The notes beneath the pieces were generated by a model. It saw only the letters and a program-made list of their open reading frames with translations. It had not been told where the DNA came from and made no database searches. The position numbers were made by a program, and so were the translations under genes. From an uncultured bacterium (GTDB lineage Bacteria; Cyanobacteriota; Vampirovibrionia; Gastranaerophilales; Gastranaerophilaceae): a stretch of 64,000 bases of DNA. Positions 1 to 9,311 of this stretch are shown one piece after another (the first letter of the stretch is position 1; each line of letters begins with the position of its first letter). Where the stretch lies: NCBI GenBank assembly GCA_902783785.1, contig CACZSH010000075.1, positions 7,578 through 71,577 on the forward strand, in the 5' to 3' direction.

Positions 1-1088
1 AAATCTACAAACGCTTCAAGTCTTGTTAAATATCCTGCTTTACCTGTTTGTTCATCCATAACCAAACTTAAAATCGGAATATCGTGTTCTTCTCTCATTC
101 TTGGAAAAATATTTTGCGACATTATTTCCGGCATACAAGTAAATGGAGAAATGTGGATAATTCCGTCTTTTCCTTTTTTATTTGCATAAGCAACATCAGA
201 TACACATTCTAAAGCGTCACCGCCTATATCTCTCATAAGATAAGGTTTTGCCATTTTTTCAGCTCTTTCTAAATGAGTTTCTTCATCTCTTTTTCTAAAT
301 ATTTTTGGAATAATGGCATCTTTTAAAAAGCTTCCAACGGTTAAACTTCTTCTAGTTTGTACACCCATTTTACCCAGTTCTCTTTCTATATTTTGGTTAG
401 AAAATTTATCGCAAACAAGGAATATTTCACCTGTTAAATCTACATATAGAACTTCTCGTTTTTCATCAATTTCGGTTTTTGCCATTTCTTTGAATGCACG
501 TTTTCTTGCTTCTTTTAACATTCTTGTGTTTTTTACGCTGGATACAAGTCTTAATGCTTTTTTATAGTGCTTTTCTGCTTCGCCAAAAGTTATTTCTCTT
601 GCTCTGTAATATGACAATAATGTATCTAAATCATCAAGTAAAAATATTGTTCTTATAATTAAGTGTGCTGCTCTTGCAAACAAAATGGGATCATTTTTTT
701 TTGTCAATCTTTTTAAAAAATCAAAAACTCCTTTTATTCCGTCATATAGAGAAAGTTCTATGTAATTTGCGTTATATCCTAAATCTTGAAGAGCTTCTTG
801 AATATTAGTTCCATATTCTCCGAGTCTGCAAATTCCGGGAGAAGTTATCATTGCAACATAATCAGCTCCGCCTTCTATAGCTTCAATAAAATTTCCTAAA
901 ATTAATTTGTAAGGTAAACATACAGCTTCAGGTGAATACTTTGTTCCAAGAGATAAAGTTTTTTTGCTTGTATATGGTGGAATATATGGCTCTATACCAA
1001 CTTTTCTCAAAGCTGCTGCCCAACCTATACAAATTGTTCCCATATGAGGAAATGCTACTTTTATTTTTTTATTTTCTTCTTTTGTCAT
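1..1088 (-). CDS. acyl-CoA dehydratase activase-related protein (CoA-enzyme-activase associated domain); N-terminal ~362 aa, 3' end beyond window edge
   Basis: Absent from the supplied track because the ORF runs off the window. My reverse translation from ATG 1088 reads MTKEENKKIKVAFPHMGTICIGW...ISPFTCMPEIMSQ...MDEQTGKAGYLTRLEAFVD with no stop down to position 1. AAAGGA lies 6 nt upstream of the ATG. Confidence 0.6.
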   Translation of the reverse strand, partial: MTKEENKKIKVAFPHMGTICIGWAAALRKVGIEPYIPPYTSKKTLSLGTKYSPEAVCLPYKLILGNFIEAIEGGADYVAMITSPGICRLGEYGTNIQEALQDLGYNANYIELSLYDGIKGVFDFLKRLTKKNDPILFARAAHLIIRTIFLLDDLDTLLSYYRAREITFGEAEKHYKKALRLVSSVKNTRMLKEARKRAFKEMAKTEIDEKREVLYVDLTGEIFLVCDKFSNQNIERELGKMGVQTRRSLTVGSFLKDAIIPKIFRKRDEETHLERAEKMAKPYLMRDIGGDALECVSDVAYANKKGKDGIIHISPFTCMPEIMSQNIFPRMREEHDIPILSLVMDEQTGKAGYLTRLEAFVD

Positions 1089-1121
1089 TCTTTTTCCTTT
1101 TATGTTTAAATTTAAATTTTT

Positions 1122-1733
1122 TTATATCATTCCTTGTAGTGCAAGTTGTTTTTTTATTCTATTCAATCCGGATTGGATTATTCTTGATATTCTGGATTCA
1201 GAAATCTTATATTCTTCAGACATTTCTCTTAGTTTTTTATCTTTGAAAAATTTTTGTTCAATAAAATCTTTTTCTCTTTCAGGTATATTTTCCATAGCTT
1301 TCATTATTTTAGATTTTAGCTGAAAAAATTCATATGATTCTTCAGGATTTCTGCTGCTATCTTTTATTTGTGTTGGATTTTCAGCTTCCGCCATTTCATC
1401 TATTGATAAAATTGATTTATAAACTGCTTGTCTTATTTCTTCGCCGGTTTCAATATCTATTTTTTTCTGTTTTAAAGAATACCATTTATATCTACGTCTA
1501 ACTTCATTTCTAATCGCCCATTTCATTGCTGTTGAAAGATATGCATTGTTGTATTCTTCTTTTTTACCGTTTTTAAAAAGTATATATAACGTGTGAGTAT
1601 TAAGGTTTACTAATTCTTGATAATCTACAAGGTGAGAGGCTGTCGATAATTTTGAGTACTCAACTTTTGCAACTGTCTCTATTAAAGCTTTATATTCTCT
1701 TAAATCAATACCTGATTTTTCTTTAGCTAGCAT
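1122..1733 (-). CDS. sigma-70 family RNA polymerase sigma factor (short; regions 2 and 4; FliA/group 3-4-like)
   Basis: 203-aa ORF. Region-2-like YLSTAMKWAIRNEVRRRY and a C-terminal region-4 HTH, LREMSEEYKISESRISRIIQSGLNRIKKQL. Confidence 0.65.
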   Translation of the reverse strand: MLAKEKSGIDLREYKALIETVAKVEYSKLSTASHLVDYQELVNLNTHTLYILFKNGKKEEYNNAYLSTAMKWAIRNEVRRRYKWYSLKQKKIDIETGEEIRQAVYKSILSIDEMAEAENPTQIKDSSRNPEESYEFFQLKSKIMKAMENIPEREKDFIEQKFFKDKKLREMSEEYKISESRISRIIQSGLNRIKKQLALQGMI

Positions 1734-1852
1734 TTACTGAAATAGACCTATTTAATAATCCTATAAACACATGCTATATTTTATCTCAAAAACGTTTTAT
1801 TAACTATAAGTAATTAACATTTTTAAACATGTTTTGGTTAAATATTTTTCAT

Positions 1853-1879
1853 AAAAAAATGCCCGCTTTGGGCGAGCAT
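1853..1879 (-). terminator. rho-independent terminator of rpsT
   Basis: Minus strand: ATGCTCGC-CCAAA-GCGGGCAT, an 8-bp stem with one G-U pair, followed by T7. Confidence 0.75.
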
Positions 1880-1897
1880 TCTTTTTTTACAAATAAA

Positions 1898-2167
1898 CTA
1901 TTCAGCTAACAATTTATTAACCGCAATTGTTAATCTTGATTTTTTTCTTGCAGCTGTATTTTTGTGTAAAACACCTTTCGAAACAGCTTTGTCGCAAAGT
2001 TGATAAGCTTTTGATAAAGCACATTTTAAAGCTTCTGAATCTTTAGCTGATGCTAATTCAAGAACTTTTTTCATTGCAGTTTTAATCATTGTTTTCATTG
2101 CAACGTTTTGCAATCTGTTTTTTTCTGCTACAAGAATTCTTTTTTTTGCTGACTTAATATTTGCCAT
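1898..2167 (-). CDS. rpsT: 30S ribosomal protein S20
   Basis: MANIKSAKKRILVAEKNRLQN... is a typical S20 N-terminus. 89 aa, basic. AAGGA SD upstream and a terminator downstream. Confidence 0.95.
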   Translation of the reverse strand: MANIKSAKKRILVAEKNRLQNVAMKTMIKTAMKKVLELASAKDSEALKCALSKAYQLCDKAVSKGVLHKNTAARKKSRLTIAVNKLLAE

Positions 2168-2403
2168 AATTTTCCTTCTTTCTTAACATTGTGCGTTTAA
2201 TGACGACGCATATTGTTAGAGGTGGTGAGTACTGTAATTCTATTATAAAAAAAAAATTTTTACTATCATTTTTTTAAATTTTGTAACATTATTATAATTA
2301 TAGCCTTATATATAACTGGAAATTATCTTTGTTTGTTTTATAATTATTGCAAATATAAGTGTAGAGAAAGTAAATTGATATAAAGAGAGAACGGAGGCAC
2401 AAT

Positions 2404-4125
2404 ATGTCACTAGGACAATTCGTTTTTATGCTACACAGTCATTTACCCTATTATAGAAAAGCAGGTATGTGGCCGTTCGGTGAAGAAAACTTATATGAAT
2501 GTATGGCTGAAACATACGTTCCTTTATTAAACGCTATTAGCGAATTATATGATGAAGGTATTAAAGCTAATTTAACTGTTGGTATCACTCCTATTTTGGC
2601 GGAACAATTGATTGATGAACATTTAAATCAAGGTTTTGCAGAATATCTTGATACAAGAATTAAAGCAGTTGCTGAAGATTTGGAAAGATATCCTGATCCG
2701 AATGTAGCTCATTCACAACACTTAAAATATTTAGCAGAATACTATTACAAGCATTTTACAAAATTGAAAGATGATTTTGTAAATAAATACGAAATGAACT
2801 TGATTAAATATTTCAAAAAATATCAAGATTTAGGATGTATTGAAATTACAACATCAGGTGCAACTCACGGTTTTTCACCGTTACTTGCAACTGATACAAA
2901 CTTAAATGCTCAATTTAAGGTAGGTTCAGATACAACAAAGAGAATTTTTGGTAAAAAAGCTCAAGGTTGTTGGTTACCTGAATGTGCATATAGACAAGGT
3001 TATGAATATACAGGAAAAGATGGTCAAAAGAAATGGAGACCTGCTATTGAAGTAACATTGCAAAATAATGATATTGAATACTTCTTTACTGAATCTCACG
3101 TAATTGAAGGTGGTAATTCTATCGGACATAGAAGAGTTGTAGGTATTTATGGAAATATTGAATATATTCCTCTTCCAAAACGTGAATTAACAGGATATGA
3201 TACTTATTCTGCATATTGGTTACCGGATGCTCAAGTTGCTGTTATGGGAAGAAATGACAGAGCTGGCTATCAAGTTTGGTCAGCTGCTGATGGTTATCCT
3301 GGTGACGGATGCTTTAGAGAATTCCATAAAAAAGATGATAAATCAGGTATGCAATATTGGAGAATTACATCACCTACTACAGACTTAGGTGATAAAATGC
3401 TTTATGATCCTGTATTAGCCCATAATAAAGTTTGTGAAAATTCTGACCACTATACACACTTAATCGAAAACTTATTGAGAGATTACAAAAATTCTCATGA
3501 TGGTAAAGAAGGTCTTGTAATGGTATCATTTGATACAGAGTTATTCGGACACTGGTGGTTTGAAGGTGTTGAATTCATTAAACAAGTAATTGAAAAATTA
3601 CATGATTATCATAAGGATGTTGAAATGATGACAGCTGGTGCTTATGTTAAAAAGTATCCTCCTAAAGAAGCTATTCAAATTCCTGAATCATCTTGGGGAC
3701 AAGGCGGTCATTTCTATGTTTGGATGAACCACTTAACAGAATGGATGTGGCCAATTATTCATTCTTGTGAAAAACGTATTATCGATATCGCAGACAGATA
3801 TGAAGAAAAACCTGAAGATAAATTGTTGTTAAGAGCTTTATCTCAATTAGCAAGAGAAAATCTTCTTCTTCAATCTTCTGATTGGCCGTTCTTAATTACA
3901 ACATGGCAAGCAAAAGATTATGCAACAGACAGATTTAGAGAACATGTTGCAAGATTTGAAACAATCGCTGATATGATTGATGCAAATAATATTGACGAAG
4001 ATAAATTAAGAGAAATTGAGGAAATTGATAACTGCTTTGCAGATATTGATTATAGAGTATATCTTCCGATTGAAGAAGGTGTTATTCCTCAACAAGCAAA
4101 AAAACTTCAACCTTTATATAAATAA
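2404..4125 (+). CDS. glycoside hydrolase family 57 protein (alpha-glucan branching-enzyme-like)
   Basis: FVFMLHSHLPYYRK N-terminus, CWLPECAY, and FDTELFGHWWFEG. Length and architecture match GH57 branching enzymes. GGAGG SD upstream. Confidence 0.8.
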   Translation: MSLGQFVFMLHSHLPYYRKAGMWPFGEENLYECMAETYVPLLNAISELYDEGIKANLTVGITPILAEQLIDEHLNQGFAEYLDTRIKAVAEDLERYPDPNVAHSQHLKYLAEYYYKHFTKLKDDFVNKYEMNLIKYFKKYQDLGCIEITTSGATHGFSPLLATDTNLNAQFKVGSDTTKRIFGKKAQGCWLPECAYRQGYEYTGKDGQKKWRPAIEVTLQNNDIEYFFTESHVIEGGNSIGHRRVVGIYGNIEYIPLPKRELTGYDTYSAYWLPDAQVAVMGRNDRAGYQVWSAADGYPGDGCFREFHKKDDKSGMQYWRITSPTTDLGDKMLYDPVLAHNKVCENSDHYTHLIENLLRDYKNSHDGKEGLVMVSFDTELFGHWWFEGVEFIKQVIEKLHDYHKDVEMMTAGAYVKKYPPKEAIQIPESSWGQGGHFYVWMNHLTEWMWPIIHSCEKRIIDIADRYEEKPEDKLLLRALSQLARENLLLQSSDWPFLITTWQAKDYATDRFREHVARFETIADMIDANNIDEDKLREIEEIDNCFADIDYRVYLPIEEGVIPQQAKKLQPLYK

Positions 4126-4148
4126 TAGTTGAATTTAAAAGATATAAA

Positions 4149-4182
4149 ATGGAAGCTTTTATTTATAAAAGCTTCCATTTTT
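4149..4182. terminator. bidirectional terminator between GH57 and the AI-2E transporter gene
   Basis: ATGGAAGCTTTT-atttat-AAAAGCTTCCAT, a 12-bp perfect stem, followed by T5 and preceded by an A-run. Confidence 0.8.
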
Positions 4183-4207
4183 GTTCATATTTATTTTTTT
4201 ATTTGTT

Positions 4208-5233
4208 TTATCCTAGCTTTTTTAAATATAATTCTTCATATAAAACGGAACATAATGCGGCTAGAGCTGGTGCGAAAATGGTACCTATAACTCCGATATA
4301 TTTTGTTGCTAAAAATAAGAATAAAAATATTGCAACAGGATGTATATGCATGACTTTTCCAAAAATATCTGGTCTTACTAAATTATTTTCAATTAATTGT
4401 GCAAGTGTAAATATGGCAACAACAGCAATAACTGCTCCTGAACCCGCATCATAAGTTGCTAATAAACAAACTATTAATGCAATTGTTGGTCCAATTACAG
4501 GAATAATATCAAAAACTGCGCTTATCACTGAAAGTAAATGAGCATAAGGAACTTTTAATATTAAAAGTCCAATTAGCATTACTATTCCAACACTTAATGA
4601 TGTTGTTAAAGTTGCAATTATATATCCTCCCATTTTTTCTGAAATTATTTTTCCTACTTTTTCTGCTCTCTTTCTCATATTTGAAGGGAAAGATTTTAAA
4701 AAGAAATTTTTAAGAATTGTTTTATCAACTATAAAATTAAATATTAAAATTATTGATACTAAAAAATACATAAAAAAAGAACTTATACTTTTCCCGATAT
4801 TTATGGCATTAGCTAAAATATCAGTTGAGGATATTGAAATTTGTTCCATTAAATTATCAGTATCAGGTGCTAAAAATGTAAATTGGTTTAATACCGGTAA
4901 AGTGAATATATATTCATCAAAACTATCAATATATTTGGGCAATTTGTATAAAAATATTTTTATTTGTTCAATAGTTATTATACAAACCGGAATAAAAACG
5001 GCAATAATAATTAATAATGAAATGGAAGTTACAATAATAGCCGCTATATTTCGGGGCATTTTCTTTGTCATTTTATCTACAATTGGATTTAAAGAACAAG
5101 CGATAACAAATGATGCAAAAAACATTATGGCTATGTCTTTACAAGTAAAAATAAAAGTTAAAAATAGTAATAATACAATTAAAAATATAATATTTTTTGA
5201 ATTTACGTACTTTTTTACTGCATTTTCGAACAT
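4208..5233 (-). CDS. AI-2E family transporter (PerM/UPF0118 permease)
   Basis: 341-aa polytopic membrane protein. Conserved C-terminal block LIENNLVRPDIFGKVMHIHPV. AGGAG SD upstream. Confidence 0.8.
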   Translation of the reverse strand: MFENAVKKYVNSKNIIFLIVLLLFLTFIFTCKDIAIMFFASFVIACSLNPIVDKMTKKMPRNIAAIIVTSISLLIIIAVFIPVCIITIEQIKIFLYKLPKYIDSFDEYIFTLPVLNQFTFLAPDTDNLMEQISISSTDILANAINIGKSISSFFMYFLVSIILIFNFIVDKTILKNFFLKSFPSNMRKRAEKVGKIISEKMGGYIIATLTTSLSVGIVMLIGLLILKVPYAHLLSVISAVFDIIPVIGPTIALIVCLLATYDAGSGAVIAVVAIFTLAQLIENNLVRPDIFGKVMHIHPVAIFLFLFLATKYIGVIGTIFAPALAALCSVLYEELYLKKLG

Positions 5234-5300
5234 AAAATCTCCTAAAATTTTATTTTAGTCAATAATAACACAAAATACTACAAAGTTTTACTATTTATAA

Positions 5301-5315
5301 TATAATTAATGTATG
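5301..5315 (+). promoter_or_regulatory. leaderless-type promoter of the TolC-like gene: TATAAT-N6-ATG
   Basis: TATAAT 5301-5306, TAATGT, ATG 5313. No SD. Confidence 0.5.
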
Positions 5316-6612
5316 TATAAAAATATTTTTCTTTTATGTTTAATATGTTTTTTTAGTGCAATGTATTGTTGTGCTGAAGAATATAAACAAATTGATTTTA
5401 AAACTGCAGTTGAAATTGCACAAAAAAAACAACCTTGATGTGCAAGCTTCAAAAATAAATGTTTCTGTTGCAAAAAACGATATAAAAATAGCAAATCGTT
5501 TACAAAACCCTTCAATTAATACTTTTTTTAATTTTGGTGAAGCTGGGCGAGGAAATCCAAATCAAATTGGTGCATCAGAAATAATAGAATTATTTAAGAG
5601 AGGTCCAAGGAAAAAACTTGCTAAAGCAAAATATAAATTAGCTTCGGATAATTATGATTATGAAAAATTTAATTTAAAAATGGATGTTGCGGAGGCTTAT
5701 ATAAGATTGGTTGTTGCAAAATATGTTTTAAAAAAATATGAACAGCAACAACAATATCTTGAAAGTTTACATGGAATAGCAGATAGAAATAATCATAAAA
5801 ATAAACTTGTGGAAACGGAATTAGATGTTATTCAATCAAGAATTGCTTTGAATGAAATAACTACAAAAGTTAATAAGGCTAAGTCAGAAACGAAAATTGC
5901 AAGAATAGAATTTAATAGAACTATAAATTCTAAAGACGGTGATTATGATTCACAAGATGTAGGTACCAAAAAGTTAAGTGAATTGATAAGCCTTGATATG
6001 CCAAGTTTAACAGAAGAAATTCCTGCATTCACGCAAATTGAAGATGCTGCATTAAAAAACAGATATGATATAAAAATTGCAAAAAAACAAATTGATGCGG
6101 CAGAAAAGAATTTAACAGTTGTGATAAGACAATTAGTTCCTGATTTGGAAATTGAAGGTGGTTATGCATATCAGGCTGCAAATTATTCAGAATCCGGCAC
6201 GTATAAATCGGGTGCGTATTTGTCTGCGGCTTTAGTTAATTTACCGTTATTTTATACTTATAAACCAGAAATAAAAAATGCTAAATTAGAGATTGAGCAA
6301 GCTAATATTAATTATGCTTCTACTGTTAATAAAGCAAAAAAAAATCTTGAGATTGCATATGAAAAATTTACAACAGCTCGGTTAATTTTAAAAAATTATG
6401 ATGAAAATATTTTAAAAGATACCGATATTTTATTTAAAAATTTTGAAAAAATGTACCAATCTACAAATGTTGATTTTTCGGCGTTAGTATCAATTGAGGA
6501 AACTTATTATGATTTGGTTAATGGTTATTCATCAGCTTTAATTGATTATTATGTTGGGTGGATTGATTTTTTGAGAGAGCTCAATACGGAAAATTTTGCA
6601 GTGCAGTTATAA
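5313..6612 (+). pseudogene. TolC/CzcC-family outer membrane efflux protein, reading frame broken in an A8 tract near the 5' end
   Basis: ATG 5313 encodes a signal peptide plus the family N-terminus (MYKNIFLLCLICFFSAMYCCAEEYKQIDFKTAVEIAQKK) and hits TGA at 5436. The family sequence continues in the +1 frame (NNLDVQASKINVSVAKNDIKIANRLQNPS...) through to 6612. The frames meet in the A8 run at 5422-5429. Confidence 0.75.
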
Positions 6613-6646
6613 ATTTTAAACTTGTATAAAAATTTATAATAATCAC

Positions 6647-8719
6647 TTAAAAAATATAATTATATACATGTTGGATATATTTTTCGTAGTCTTTTATATT
6701 ATGGAAAGATATTGAAAATTCGCAGATATTTTCTCCTAATAATTGAGAATCTTTAGTTGGTAGTGGTGGTCCTGCAGGAGTTGAACGTGCAGGATTTTTA
6801 GGATTCGAAATTATGCCGGTTGCTCTTAAAAGAGTTATTGAAATACTATTTTTAAATATTTCATATTCAGTTAAACCTTTTGTTACTATACCAATTCCGT
6901 TTGCATTTACGTATCTTTGCATAGGGGCAGTATTTGTTTTTGCTTCAATACCTTTTGTTTTTGGCAGATTTTTTCTTATATCATAATTAGGGTCAAAATC
7001 TCTTTTTAATATTTTGTTTAAATCTTCAGAATATGTTTCTGTTATAGGTTTAAGAGTGTTTATTTTGGCTTGAACTTTGTGGTTTTCTTTTTTGTTATTA
7101 TAAATTGTCTTAAAATCTAAAATATCTGTGTTTTTGTCAAGCGATACAAGAATTTCTAAATTCTCGGTATTTATTTTTAAAATACATCTTAAATCGCTCT
7201 TAAACTCAATTGAAGATGATAGAATTTTCTCACAAGTTCCGTAGTCGTTTTCATCAGGTGCAAAGTTATAACTGTCTCCTAAATCCTTATAGTCGACAAA
7301 TTCTATAAAATTATCAATATCATTAATCTTTATTTTATTATCAATAATTTCAAGTTTTATTTTAGAATTTTTTATATAATTTTCACCAATCTCTAAATCT
7401 GAAGTGTCATTTTTTAGTATTTTTTCTCTCATTTCAGTTGGTTGTATAGCGTTAACTTCAAAAAGATATGTATAAATATTTTTATAATCTTCAGTTACAG
7501 GTATTTTTAATGTATTTTGAAGAATTTCGTTTTCAAAACCTTTGCGTGTTGACAAAATAGGGAATGGTAAATCTATTTCTGATTCAAATTCAATAATTCC
7601 GCTGTATGGTTTATCTCCTAAATTTATAAGAAAAGTATCTGCCGTTTTAAATCTGGCTTCATCAATGATTGTTTGTGCAATTTGAATAATTTTTTTGTAT
7701 TTTAACTTATTTTCAAAATGAACATCATCTGTTGAGCATCCGCAGATTCCGTCATGAGCCATATTTTCAATTAACAGCTTGTAAGCATATTCAATTAAAT
7801 TGCTATAATTAAGATGAAAATGCTTTTGTGTTCTGTTTGCTAAATCTAACATGTATGATGCTTTTGCTCTTAATTTTTTCAAGTCCATTCTTGAAGAATA
7901 GCATCCTTGCAGAATGAAGGTTATGGAATTATCTCTAAGTTCATCATTATATTCATATTTTTCAAATTCGTTTTCTACTTCTTTAAAATAATCAAAAGGT
8001 GAACCTAAAATTATTTGATAATCTTCGAGTCTGGCATTAACTTCTCTTATTTGATGTGTTATATCTTCTGATATACCAAGGTGATCTGCGCCTATTGGCA
8101 TTAGAAGAATATTCGATGATTTTTCTGAAATTTTATCAAGATTATTTTTCAAAAATTTAGTTTTTTCATCTATTGTTAAATCTGCTGCAAAAATATCCAT
8201 AAAATATCCTCGCACAAGATTTACGCAATTTATTCCGTTAAACTTGAAATTTGCAGGAATATTATCGTTACAGCCTCTCCAAACAACAGATTTATCTATT
8301 CCAAAACTTTTAAAAATCTCTGTTATATGTTTTGAATGACCGAAAGTATCTGCTAAATATCCTATAAAATCTTTACATCCAAATTCTTTTGATATTTTTA
8401 ATCCTATTTCCAAGTTTTTTTCAAAACATTGTTTATCTGTTAAATATTCATCAATAAGGCAATATGCCGGACCAATAAATAATTTTTTATCTTTTATTAA
8501 CTCTCTTATTAATTCTTCTTTTTCAGGTCTTATTTTCAAATAATCAAGCAAAGCACCAACTTGTCCGTCAAAATAAAAACAAGGAATTTTATTTTGTTCA
8601 AGCATGTCTAAAATATTATCGAATACTCTTAAAAGTCGTATTCTAAATATTTCAAATTCCCTATACCATTCTCTATCCCAGTGTGTATGAAGATATGCGA
8701 TTACTTTTTTCTTTGTCAT
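6647..8719 (-). CDS. glycoside hydrolase family 38 (alpha-mannosidase / mannosylglycerate hydrolase MngB-like)
   Basis: KKKVIAYLHTHWDREWYREFE...FIGPAYCLIDEYL...YLADTFGHS...VVWRGC closely resembles the MngB N-terminal domain. Start placed at ATG 8719 (M27 of the track ORF) because TGtTATAAT-N6 lies immediately upstream. Confidence 0.85.
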   Translation of the reverse strand: MTKKKVIAYLHTHWDREWYREFEIFRIRLLRVFDNILDMLEQNKIPCFYFDGQVGALLDYLKIRPEKEELIRELIKDKKLFIGPAYCLIDEYLTDKQCFEKNLEIGLKISKEFGCKDFIGYLADTFGHSKHITEIFKSFGIDKSVVWRGCNDNIPANFKFNGINCVNLVRGYFMDIFAADLTIDEKTKFLKNNLDKISEKSSNILLMPIGADHLGISEDITHQIREVNARLEDYQIILGSPFDYFKEVENEFEKYEYNDELRDNSITFILQGCYSSRMDLKKLRAKASYMLDLANRTQKHFHLNYSNLIEYAYKLLIENMAHDGICGCSTDDVHFENKLKYKKIIQIAQTIIDEARFKTADTFLINLGDKPYSGIIEFESEIDLPFPILSTRKGFENEILQNTLKIPVTEDYKNIYTYLFEVNAIQPTEMREKILKNDTSDLEIGENYIKNSKIKLEIIDNKIKINDIDNFIEFVDYKDLGDSYNFAPDENDYGTCEKILSSSIEFKSDLRCILKINTENLEILVSLDKNTDILDFKTIYNNKKENHKVQAKINTLKPITETYSEDLNKILKRDFDPNYDIRKNLPKTKGIEAKTNTAPMQRYVNANGIGIVTKGLTEYEIFKNSISITLLRATGIISNPKNPARSTPAGPPLPTKDSQLLGENICEFSISFHNIKDYEKYIQHVYNYIF

Positions 8720-8734
8720 GAAATTATTATAACA
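8717..8734 (-). promoter_or_regulatory. leaderless-type extended -10 promoter of the GH38 gene: TGtTATAAT-N6-ATG
   Basis: Minus strand: TG 8734-8733, TATAAT 8731-8726, AATTTC, ATG 8719. No SD. Confidence 0.55.
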
Positions 8735-8769
8735 GATATTATAAATAATATTATACATCGTTAACATGA

Positions 8770-8807
8770 TTGACAAATATTGAAATTTTTTGTACATGTA
8801 ATATATG
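8770..8807 (+). promoter_or_regulatory. possible folK promoter (consensus -35, weak -10) placing the transcription start site (TSS) at or near the ATG
   Basis: TTGACA 8770-8775, 17-nt spacer, TACATG 8793-8798, 6 nt, ATG 8805. No SD. The -10 is poor. Confidence 0.3.
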
Positions 8808-9311
8808 GCTTTAGTATATTTAAGTTTAGGTTCAAATAAAGGAGATAGAGTTGGTTTTATTCAACAAGCAACAAGTTTGTTGAATGAAGATAAACAAGTT
8901 GATTTGATTAGAACATCTGCATTCTATGAAACTGAACCTTGGCATACTGATACAAGTAATTGGTTTGTAAATGCTGTTATAGAAATTAAAACAAGTTACA
9001 CTCCGGATGATTTATTGAAATTATGTAATCAAGTTGAGGAAAAGCTTGGTCGTGATAGAGAAGCTGAAGGTTTTTACGGCGATAGAACCATTGATATTGA
9101 CATCTTATTCTATGATAAAGAAATAATTTATACGGAAAATTTGATTATTCCTCACAAATATTTCCATAAAAGAGCTTTTACGTTAGTTCCTATGTTGGAA
9201 CTATCTCCTGATTTTGTACATCCTGAATTGAAAAAAACAGTAATGGAACTCCATGAAGAATTAGAAAATCCTGAAATGGTATTTTTATATGGGACAAGGG
9301 TTGACTTGTAA
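8805..9311 (+). CDS. folK: 2-amino-4-hydroxy-6-hydroxymethyldihydropteridine diphosphokinase (HPPK)
   Basis: VYLSLGSNKGDR...FYETEPW...DIDILFYD...IPHKYFHKRAFTLVPM are HPPK signature blocks. Confidence 0.9.
   Translation: MALVYLSLGSNKGDRVGFIQQATSLLNEDKQVDLIRTSAFYETEPWHTDTSNWFVNAVIEIKTSYTPDDLLKLCNQVEEKLGRDREAEGFYGDRTIDIDILFYDKEIIYTENLIIPHKYFHKRAFTLVPMLELSPDFVHPELKKTVMELHEELENPEMVFLYGTRVDL

Noticed and set aside
8720-8797. N-terminal extensions of track ORFs: GH38 to 8797, trmFO from 55130, outer membrane factor from 61080, pilT from 12467, recO from 13527, pepA to 24475, GH57 from 51499.
   Set aside because: The extensions are not family-like in sequence. They overlap neighbouring genes or promoter elements. 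Better-supported internal starts, with an SD or a -10-N6 pattern, coincide with the conserved N-termini.
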